In this document: positions 53,101 to 64,000 of the stretch, in pieces
How the letters are laid out: every line of letters begins with the position of its first letter
Numbering within the stretch: position 1 is the first letter of the stretch
DNA from: Balanoglossus misakiensis
Taxonomy: Eukaryota > Animalia > Hemichordata
DNA: 64,000 nt
Assembly (NCBI GenBank): GCA_040954595.2
Contig: CM082587.2
Span: forward strand, 5,941,705-6,005,704
Direction of reading: 5' to 3'
Notes under the pieces: generated by a model
Seen by the model: the letters and a program-made list of their open reading frames with translations, nothing else
The model's database searches: none
Told to the model about the DNA's origin: nothing
Made by a program: the position numbers and the translations under genes

Positions 53101-56100
53101 ATATTTTTTTAATGAATGGTTTTATTTTAATAAAAGCATGAAACAGTTGATGAGCAACAGGTTAACAATGCTTGGAGGGTAAGAATTTCATGTCCATCGA
53201 CTGTCTCCTGGGACATTCTCCAACCAAGGTTGACGGCCAAACTAACAACTCACACATTGCCAAGCCGGGCCCAGAAGTCTAATTACATTCATAAGATTTC
53301 CACACAGTTGTCATGGATATAATCATGTATCATAAAAATCAGAAATTGTGATATTAGAAATTGGATTGCTCCATCCAAGCCACTCTTTTCAAGTCCAACG
53401 CTATCAGATTAGCTTTTTGTGCAATCCTTGAAGGCATGGTATGATTTCATATCAAGGACAAAGATAATTTGAAGGATTTGTGGCTACCGGTTTGTCGAAA
53501 TTAAACAGCACACTATCTTGGTGGCTGTCCGAGCTTTACGTGACAACACAATAAATCAGATTCTGTGACTTTCATGAACACAAGATGGCGGCAATCTCCT
53601 TCAACGTCTTTTCAGTTCAAAAAATAATTCTCGATGTAAAAAAAAATTGTAAGACCTAAATGTTTTCTGGAAAATGTTTCAGAGGTGTGTACAGTACAGT
53701 GTATTCCTTTCCAAATATAAAGTGTTAACTCTTTGAAACTGTTTTCGAGACAATGTTAGGTGACAGAAGAGATTTTTGGAGAGGACTCAAATGTTCCTGA
53801 GAGCCTTAAAAGAACTACCAGTACTAAGCATGTACCGGTAGGGAACTTCAAGCTACCAGTTACCGTTCTGAACCAATGTTTGTATGGCCATGGCTTTGAC
53901 TGGCATATTACAGGCACAGCCATTGGTGAATGTTTCCCCCCAAACACTAACCAGGTACCTGCAACAGTTCTCCCAACCTTGACGGTAAAAATAATCTCAC
54001 GAGAAAATGACTAAATGGGTGGGGATGGAATTCCCCCACGTTTTCGCTTTGAACTTGAACTGTACAGGCACTCTGTCAGGAGATTGTATCATCCTGCAAT
54101 CGTGCACACGTTTCCTTGTTTTTTTATTGTTGATGTTTACTTCGTGTTTCTTCGCAAAGTTTACTTTATCAGCCGTCACCCCAACTTATCAGACGGTAAG
54201 TCCATTAAGGGTGACATTTGTTTAACATTCGATGACCTTCTTTTCACCAACACATGTCACAATTCTGTTGTAATTAACTTCTCAAATAAGAGATGTAGTG
54301 TGTGTGTGTGTACGTGTATGTCTGCACATTTGATGTCTTAAAGCCACAATAACTATATTTTTCACAGATTTTGATAGCTCTAGTTTTAATTTAAACAGGA
54401 GTTTTTTCATCATTTCACTGTCAAAACATGATACATTAATAGCTGACGAAACTTACATTTGGACAAGTGTCATCACATCTGATGAACATGCAAAATAGCA
54501 TTTTAGGGTGATCCGAACCACAAAATATGGCCGCCAACATTAACACATGTTGACATTGCAGAGCAACTTAAGAACGGTATATTTAGAAGATCGAGTGAAC
54601 GTCTTGCCCTCATCAAGAACATTAACGTGATACCTCAAGGTTTAATACGCCATTAAAGTGACAAAAAGGGCACGATAGTTTCGAGAACGGTGGTACAATT
54701 TTAAGATCGGCAAGAATTTCGCCCCGAGGTCCAGGAAACCGACACTTCAACCTGCTGTCAACACTAATAAAGCTTGAAAGGTCCCATCGGAAAGGGACGA
54801 GATACTTCTGTATAAACCAAGTAAAAGTGAGAAAGATGCCAATCTGGCACTTTAAGAAGAGAGGAAGAGAGATTTCAGCATTTTTTCCCATTCATGCTCA
54901 GGATATTAATCTTATGAAGTTGTTCACTCATGACTTGACGAGGATTCAAACCTAGAAGTCCAACTGCAGCGTTAATTAGATGTGTCATTGAAAAATGCAG
55001 TTGCCAGTTATGATAAATGTTTAGTGACAGCATTCTTTAGTAAATTGCTTGCATTGGAGGTTTTAGGCTAATACAGCTTACACTCTACGGAATTTTTTTA
55101 GTTTTTTTCCCCCACTTTGATCCAGAAAAAATAAAGTTTCAGCTAAAAATTGGTTGCTTAGGCAGTAATTTTCTTTCTCTCTCTTTTTTAATCAAACATA
55201 AATTAAGCTTGACTGTTCATGGTGTGGACACATGCCAGATCATAATTATTCAATTTCGAGGTCACCTGTGGGAAAAATAACATTTGTTCTCCCAGTTTAC
55301 ATTGTTTGTTGACAAGGCAGAGATGAAGCAACACTGGTCTTGATTTTGACCAATGCCACTGACCTGGCCTTGACTCCCTCGCTCGGCAACACCAGTTGAT
55401 TGCCTAATTTGCATAACAAATTGACCCCTCAGCTCAGAAAAGCGAATGACCTTTGTAAGGTCACTTGTACAGGTTACAGAGAATGGGGGGGAAAACAAAG
55501 AGGAGGGGAGTGTCGAAGTGGTCAGAGATTAACGAGGGATTAAATACCTCCACTCGGGTGGCAGAGGCTAGCAGCTTCCCGAAGGCAAATCACCTTGAGC
55601 TTTTTCGATTTGGGCATTTCTCTCTCCGGCTATTGATTTTTTTTGTTCGTGCCGGAGATAAATGCGGAAAATGAAACAACGATTACACGGCACAATGGAA
55701 TCTTCTGAAAGCCTCAAGGACGTGAGAAGAGAGCCCACTAATAGTGATTGGCACACGGTTGTTCAGAAATAGATTACGTGCTCGTTGCAGCTCTAAATCA
55801 TTTCCACATGCAATAATTCAAACACCCCCCCCCCACCATTTCTGCTGCCTCGCCACGGCCCCTCCCTCCACGAAGACCGAAGCTGTATACACGCAGTAAC
55901 TGATCTAATATTTCTCCCACTTTTAGCCCTCTACAGTTCATAGAAAATATTCCTTTGACTGATATCAGCAGAAACACTGCCACACCCCCCCCCCCCCTTC
56001 CCATTTTCTGGCATCTGGAGTACCCCCCCCCCCCTTTCAAAGGCAAACCACTTAAGAGAGGTGGGGATGGGGGTGGAGGTCTCATCACTACAGAAGCATG

Positions 56101-58532
56101 GGAAGACGGTCGTAGGTAATAAACGACTGTAGGTGATGTACGTTCAAATTCATGTTGTGATGGGGTTTTTCCATCGTGACTCTCGTCTCCACTGTTCAAG
56201 GTAAATGAAATGCTTATAACACAGATTTCCTGCATATGTATTAAATACATATTAGGAAGCTGTGCTGGGACAAATGCATGGAGAGTAGAATTTGCTGCAG
56301 GGCTGGGGGAGGAGGAGGAGGGGGGAAATATATCGATGAAATATATAGAGAGAGGGTTTTTAGTAGCTTAATATCGGAGAGGTCAAGGGTCACAGGCACC
56401 AAACATAATTTGGATGTATGGCATCACTCCAAGAAATGTGATCGCCAATGCATGCAAGGCCACGCGCGCTGCATGAGAAAAATACTGATTTATCAGAACA
56501 CCACTGAAGGAAATGTCATGTTTGTTTTACAACAGGCGAGGAGGAAATATATATTTAATGCAATTGTAATAAAGACAAAAATCATCCCAGAAATTCAGGT
56601 GTTGGAAACGATCTTACTTCCTTTACAATTTACAAATACTTGCCTGATGCAAATCAAATGCATTTTTGAATATAATTTTCAGATTCCATTAGTCTCTGTA
56701 CTCATTAAATTGAAAGACTAATATCACCCACGTTGCATAGTAGTAATATACTACATGCAGTAATTAGTATGCATGATGATCGAATATGAAATTGAACTGA
56801 GCATATACCAATATCTGTCTTATACATAAAATACCCTGTACTTCTTTTTGAAATTCTATATAAGTTTATTTGAAGGATAAACGAAGAAGTCTGCTTGAGG
56901 TTTATGTCGTGTACACTGAAAACACTGTGAGGAAAAAAACCAAGGGGAATGTAGGTTCTTTCAAAGGGCAGCAAATTCTGCAAAAGACCAACTCTAGATG
57001 GCGCTATAGTGCAAACGCTAAATAGACATACATGTAACTGGGTTAGAAAAAAAGCTTATTAGCTCTCCTGCTAATTTTTTAAAAATATTTTGGCATTCGT
57101 TTGAGAAACAGGGGCATGCAGGTCCCCCTATTTAGGATAGTGCAATCACTTGTGACCACTGTCAGACCATGCGGTCGCATGAAGTCCTTGCGGTCGGTCG
57201 GTCGTAATACTACAGAAACGATTATACAACACTGGCGGGACAGACCAGATTACATAACAGCTAAAACCCAGACACTGCAAACAAACCACCTCATTCAGTC
57301 TCATAATCACTAGTGATTACAAGACAGCAAAGGCCAGACACAGCAAACATGTATCGATTGTCTCAGGCCACGACTGTCTTCATCCTCAGTAATCTACTTC
57401 TACCATTCTCACCAACTGCTAATATATTGAAAAACCATTTGCATGATTACTTTACACTATTGCTATACATATTTCCATACGACTGAATATAAACTGTACG
57501 ACTAATTGTGACTACACTCACACACTTATATGTTATGTATATTCTTAAAATTCATTTTGCACTGCACAAGGCATATATTGCTGGATGATGTCTTTTGGTT
57601 GCTAGCTACTGTGCACATATTTGCATCTCTTGCAAAGTGCTTCTTTTCAACACTCAAGACAATGCATAAATGTTTACACCGTGAGTGAAGTCTTTACTGA
57701 GTACCATGGAACAAAGCAGCCTGAACTTGTTGGCAGGCTTCCGGTCTCCCAGGGTAACTTGCCAACCATTTCCATCGAACATCCGCGGCATCAGAATGCT
57801 AGCAAAAGCAACAAGGACTATTAAAGCCCCTATAGCTGCCAAATTTCGTCATATTTTTTCCATAGTAAAATACTTCAAATATATTCCCTATCCTCACCAT
57901 TAAGCCATATTATTTGTATTTGCATCAGTTTGTCATCTCTTGGCAACGCATACCACGATAGCTGTGTATTGTTTGTATGGAGGCCGATTAAATCGGTGCG
58001 GCACTGTTTTAATACATCAGCGTGTTCAAATTGCAAAACGCAGTTGCAATCAGGCATCGATAAGGTGTTCATGTATACATATCAGTAAGCTTATTTAGAT
58101 GGAACAATTTAAGCTGGAAAATAAAATCATGAAAATAATGCAAAAAGTGGCAGCTCTAGAGGCTGTAATATACTTATAAATCTGCATACTTGTAAACACA
58201 ACTTAAGCTTCAAGCATGAACATATAAACAAAACTATTAGATGTAACAACTTTGGTAATTATCTATTACTAATAAAATTATTTATTAATTAATTTAATTA
58301 ATTTGACAATCTAACAAAATGTTATCTTCAGAGAAATTAATGATCAATTTAATTTGAAATCATCTGCAAGTAAAGGTCTTAACAGTAAACTGATAAATCA
58401 TTCACTACCAGGCCATTTTCAGTAAACTGTCTCAAACTGTCCCAGTTTATTTCTGTTTGCCCTTTGTCTCATTTGCATTAGTACACCACTGTTTTTTTTT
58501 TCCAGACAGTATTCATAAATCTGTCTGGTTAC

Positions 58533-58553
58533 CTTGACAACAGACACATTCAT
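58533..58553 (-). CDS. NR6A1: Candidate intronic alternative first coding exon of NR6A1 (MNVSVVK)
   Basis: TAG CAT ATG AAT GTG TCT GTT GTC AAG|gtaacc. Phase 0 matches the acceptor at 41184. It is preceded by about 400 nt of CpG- and triplet-rich 5'UTR-like sequence. Confidence 0.4.
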
Positions 58554-61500
58554 ATGCTAATGTCAAGTGTGGGTCACCTCTGAAAGAAGGAGGGGGGATG
58601 GCGCGTGGTAGTTGATTGTTGTTGTTGCTGGCTGGTGTCACGCGCGGGGGTTGTTGTTGTCGGTGTTGGCGTTCAGACCGATCTGTGGTAAACACTCAAC
58701 AAATACCCTAGGCTTGGTCACCGTGAAGACACGAACTGAACAAAACAATTGACCAGAAAAACAAAATGGAGGTCCGGGCCGCGGTCACCGAACAGGGGTC
58801 GAAAATTTTCTCGTTTGCGCTGAAGGGAGAACAGAGAAGTTTCCGTCCTCCTCCTCATCATCATCATCATCAGCTGCAGCTGTCTGTATTTACAGCCTGC
58901 ACGCACACACGCAGGGGGGTCCCCGAGCATTCAAGGCGAAATAATGAAAACATCGCACAAATTTCCCCCAGAAACATTTCACCACACAGCACATCTGGCA
59001 AACACAAAACTTCACAGGAGGAGACAATGATACAGTTCCTTCTGTGCGAAAAGAATCAAACCGCACGACATAAACAAACTAATCAATTATGCAAAGATCC
59101 CCACACTAGATTAGGTGTTATTCAATTTCTTATTGAATACAGCCCCTGTCTAGAAAGCCGTTTTCAAACAAACTAACAATGTTAGTGGTTTGTTCCAATT
59201 ATTACATTACGAAGAAACAAATTTAGAATTGAATATATCGTCACTTTCTACTCATATTATTCATATTTCTCCGCACATAAAATCTCCATACAGACCCTAA
59301 ATAACGATGGCAGACAATTACATGTAGACGTGATTACATGCAGACAATTACATAACAAAGGTCGACGAACATACAAGGCAGGTCACGACCTTTTGACTAT
59401 CTTGCTATATTCCAGGCAATCATCAATAGAGCTAAACAGCAGTACACGAACTGCTAGATACATCCGATATATCGGTAACGTGCTCTGCCATGGAAATGAC
59501 TGCCCCATCAGTCAAGGTGAATAACATTTCCCGATCAAGCTGTGCTTTAATGTTTCCCCTTTGCATGTGAAAATAAGACATCATATGTCACCACTTAATT
59601 CACTGCTTAATAAACTCCAAAGTGCTGGATGTCGCACACAAAACAGCGTCAACAGATTGAGCACCTGGTATGATAGAGGGCGATATTCTGCCTGAGCCAT
59701 GTCAACATACATAGCTTTTTCTGATCTTTCTGGCAAGAGGGCGATGTAGTGTTAACAACAAGACTCGGTGCAAACTGAGGATGTGTTGTCTTAGGCTCTA
59801 GAGGGCGCTGTTCATGTCACGAGTTTTGATCACTTGACACGCTTTTCAGGGGGAAAGAATGCCCAAGATTGTTTAGTAATATTCGAAAATGCATACGCTC
59901 AGTTGCCCGATGTTACCACATCGCCATGGTGACGAGCCAGCACTGGCGCCATGATAAATGATGAAAACCCAACCTCCAGACTTGCGGCCTGTAATTGCGA
60001 CACAAACCGAAGTTCAAGCAAGCAACGCAGTCGCGCGATTCCATCATCGCACGTCTGATGGGGTTTTAGCCAATCAAAAAACAACAAGAATCAGGAATTA
60101 CCCCCGATGGAACGGCCATCTTTTACTCTGATTCCCACATACATTGTTTTCCCCTTCGTCATGACCAAGACTTCAAAATAGTCGAGCACGCCACATTCCA
60201 ACTTCAGTAACCTATTTACATAATCAACGGTGAAGTGCCCCTGGAGTAGATACAACCGTATTTGCTGCAACACAGCAAACACGCAAACAAAATATGACCA
60301 TGCAGTTTTACTACTTTTTCTTTAAAAAAATGCAATGAATTCATGAACCTACAAAATGCGTCAATATTTGTTTTCTACTGGCTTATCTCGCGTACATCTG
60401 TCCGCTTGTCTGGTAGCTACGTCATCAACGCATCAATTATCCTTGACATTTGACCTTCCCGTGAACCAAACCTAGACAATGGAAGTTATTGACAGGGCTG
60501 CTTTGTTGAACTCCACACGACCTGTGGTACACTTATACGACTGGCTTGTCCTAGTTAACTCTTCAACTTGCAGTGGTCTTTTTTTAAAACTTTCTCGTTC
60601 ATGGTCCGACCAACCGTTGGTTCTGACATGGACATAAAGTCGTGACCAACCCCAATTTCTTGCCCGAAGTAAGCCCTCTATGGTCAAAATTTGGGGTGGG
60701 TGAGGTACAGCTGGTTCTGAGGGGGCTCTGCATCACTTTAACTATATATGGGCTTTATGTAAATTAAGGGTGCTTGTATACCTCTAAGATTAATGGGGAA
60801 AAAAGTTATATCTATAAGCCATAGAGACATCATCCATCATATGCGGGTGCTATGACTACTAAAATAAAATAATTCTGCTGAAAAGACAGAAAAATGACAA
60901 AACAGCTCGGTATGGGACCATGCAGCTCAACGAGTATTAAAAAACACCAGCAATAAAATTTGAACAAAGGAGCATTGTGACTGACAGCTCCTTGTTCCTT
61001 CAGAACAGTGTCCACCACATGGTATTTTTTACACGAAATAGCCATGTCTAAAATAACAGCAGATAAGTTGTAAATAACATCCAGGCCTTCTTCATAACCA
61101 ATTGAAAGGGACGGCGTTTTTTATGTCCTTGTCCCCACCCCCTCACCACCACCACAAGCAAAATGTGCCCACATTTTGTGCCTAAATGCCATTTTCAGGC
61201 AGGTACCGTAACTATATTTAAAACGAGATGTTGTTGAAAGAACTATGACTGATGTGGGTTGCGGGGACTGACTGACCGACCGACCGACCGGCGGGGCGGA
61301 ACCTCGCGACTTCTCTTGAAAGATGTTACGCTTTCAACAAAAGTTAGAGGGGGGAAGGGGTGTTTTGAGATCAACTATGATGCCTCCAAAACTAATCACA
61401 GACACCACAACTACAATGCAGTTTCAGTATGTTATCACACCACTCCGTCGACTCAAATTTTGAATACACGTTCTAATTTTCGCATTGAAAGCCAATCCGC

Positions 61501-61578
61501 CATTGTTAAACTCGGAGCGGCGGCAATAAATTTAAAAGTCATCGGCAAAAGAGCTTCAGACAATTTCTAAAAAATGAG

Positions 61579-61665
61579 TTTCACCGCCATTTTCCTCTAT
61601 AGTGTTCCAACTTTCGCATAGAAAACAATGGATTAGGACCAAACCATGGTGGTGAAAGGGTTTAA
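61579..61665. mobile_element. Short piggyBac-like miniature element (degenerate)
   Basis: TTTCACCGCCA ... TGGTGGTGAAA inverted repeat (10/11), ending AAAGGGTTTAA. A similar solo end, GGCAGTGAAGGGGTTAA, is at 37851-37867. Confidence 0.4.
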
Positions 61666-62455
61666 TTTAAAGCACCATCTGATGAAAATAAACCCTCTAT
61701 ACACACAAACACATGTTCATTTCTTTCAAAAATAACATGCCATACCCTACAGAGTACCATTACATTTCCAAGCGTCCAAAAATGCAAAAATTGTGAGCGA
61801 GACAATGATACCAGAAATAGAATCATTTTCACACTTTGCCCATCATTCATCTAGGATCTGAACACTGCCCGAAATAATTATCTCTGGGGAAATAGATCTC
61901 AATGTCTGGCAGGAGGTGAGGTTAGGGGCACTTCACAATCGACAGTGAGCTCCGGTATTGGAACTAGAACTGGGATTCTACATGTCCTTGAAACTTGCAT
62001 TTTAGGCCGACACAAATTTTTAGCATGATATAATTACTCTGTTCCACACCTGGGCCAAACTAGCCCAGGTCTGACCCCTGGTTGATTATTTTGAGCCCAC
62101 ATAAGACCCACACCTTCTCGGGACGGACACAAACTATCCAACCTGAACTCCAAACCAGACAGAAACTGTCTTGTTACAGAGAAAACACAGCGGTAAAGGG
62201 CATACAATTCCATGCAATCTGCTGAACGACCCCATGCTACAGGGTGTGTAAAGATTTCAATGCGTATCCACTGTATTCTGCACATCTGCATGGAGGCGGC
62301 CATATTTGAGTGTGCTACCCATTTACTATTTATCCCGTTCAAGCTTGCACTTCGAGTCCCAGTGGTTAACAATTTTAATATGCACATCCATACGCTAGCG
62401 CATCCATATGAACCAACTTTAATTTAAAAGTAAAATCACAAAAAATAATGCCCAA

Positions 62456-62478
62456 AGTTACAGCTAATGTCCCTTTAA
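62456..62478 (-). mobile_element. Kolobok-like terminus related to the one at 7374
   Basis: The reverse complement TTAA-AGGGACATTAGCTGTAACT matches TTAA-AGGCCCATGAGCTGCAACT at 15/19. Confidence 0.45.
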
Positions 62479-64000
62479 TGTAACAGCTGGATCTGGATCA
62501 CACTGAACCCAGGCAGTCAATTTTCCTGGTTCTCCTCCCTGACAAACACTCACATATTCGTAAACAGGAGATTATGCTCACTGGCATTAAAGAGGGCACA
62601 CACTCCAAAAGAGGCAAGAAAGAAGCATGATTTCAAGAAAATGAAGTCAATCACTCATTCTGAGGAATCACACACCTTCGGGTGAAAACAGACGCTTTCA
62701 CGGGTAAACCGCTAAAATCACATCACTTGCATGTTGTGGAATAAAAAAAACACATGCTCCAACACTACAACATTTACTGTATGTTTAAAATGGTTGACAT
62801 TAATATTTTTAAGATCATTGGTATGGATGTGGATTTAGCCTAGCAGTTTTATCCGAGGACTTGCTTGCTTCATGAATATTGGTGTCAGTGGTAGGTCTGG
62901 GTTTGAATCTTGTTAAAAATACAAGTTGATCGACCGACTTTGCAAGGTAGTCATGAGAACTGCGTAGGCACATTTCTTGTTTACAAAGAGTCATATCTAT
63001 ATAAAAAAGTTCAGAATGATGCTCCCTCCAGACCCAACCAATGGTTTATCGCAGCAATGTGGGAATATGTGATAAAAAATTAAGTAGAGAGACAGACACA
63101 AGGGATCGTGAAACGGTGTAAAGGAATTGTACAAAATTGTTCGATGCACACCAGTATGTTTCAACACATACAGCTGCCTATTCATTACAAAATCTAACGT
63201 AGACACCCACACGCATAGACCAGAAAAATACGACAAAACGGGACATCAAAATTAAAAATAAACTACCATCAGAAAAGCCCAATTGCTTGCACTTTATAGG
63301 CTAAAGATCAGCAAACAATCCATTTTGACTTTCAAAGCACCAGAATACACCACCATAATTTATAATTAAAGGGATACAGTTGCTGGCCTTTTGTCATTAT
63401 TTTGGGGGTAATTTTAGTTTCTTTTGAGGTATAGCTCGCTGAAATGCGCTCTATCACCAGTAAAGTCACAAATGAACTCAATTCACACTGTGGTTGCATA
63501 TGTGCAAAACAGCTTAACACCATAGCTAAAACAATTTCTGGTAGTGACCAAAAATTAAAATGATATCACAGAATTCATGTGAATCCATATATACAGGGTG
63601 TGTGTTCAGTTATGACAACTGGTTATAAGCATATTTCTGTTAAATGAGCAACATAAATAAGCAATCAAAAGAAAATAAATTAACCAAAATAATGTCAAAA
63701 GTCAGTGACTTTGTCCCTTTAATATTTTTAACCAGCGACCAGAACTTGACACTCCACTTATCAAGTTATTTTTTGTACTGCAGGATACATATCATTCTGC
63801 ATAAAAAATTCCAGAGGCCTGTTGTACGGTTGCAACTCTTAGCCATAAATTAAGACTCCCAAACGAAAACAATCTGGTAAAGCGATAATTATATCTAGCA
63901 ATAATGACAAAGATTTATGCTTTTTTTCTTTTCGTCGAGTTATCAGCTTTTTTTTCCTACCTTTACTGGTCCAATACTTTTGTTTCTTCCTCCAGGCATT

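Noticed and set aside
7374-62478. Giant 55-kb composite transposon bounded by inward-facing TTAA Kolobok-like ends
   Set aside because: The ends match at only 15/19, similar TTAAAGG ends occur elsewhere (about 41988 and 63366), and it would cut NR6A1 mid-gene. Independent copies are more likely.

Overview
Eukaryotic genomic DNA from an animal, probably a marine invertebrate deuterostome (inferred from protein style and repeat types, not proven). Positions 1-5678 are the end of a near-homogeneous 88-bp satellite array. The rest holds two spliced nuclear-receptor genes in tandem on the minus strand. One is a complete NR5A (Ftz-F1/SF-1/LRH-1) gene: four core coding exons at 15255-17750, two candidate alternative first coding exons at 22599-22653 and 23869-23959, and a well-spaced TATA/Inr promoter near 24088. 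Upstream of it lie the hinge/LBD exons of NR6A1 (GCNF, 40016-41184). I could not find the NR6A1 DNA-binding exons in the remaining 22.8 kb. This is the same NR6A1->NR5A order as in vertebrates. The most interesting hypotheses are: (i) an intronic first exon (58533-58553) that would splice in frame to give a DBD-less GCNF; (ii) a near-perfect GCNF DR0 element on an NR5A first-exon splice donor; (iii) a cluster of decayed transposase relics from several superfamilies around NR5A. Clearer mobile elements are a hAT-type MITE with 131-bp TIRs, a Helentron-like element next to an NR5A splice acceptor, and a Harbinger-type MITE nested inside it. Most ORFs in the supplied track are spurious. All homology calls come from reading the sequence by eye; no searches were run.
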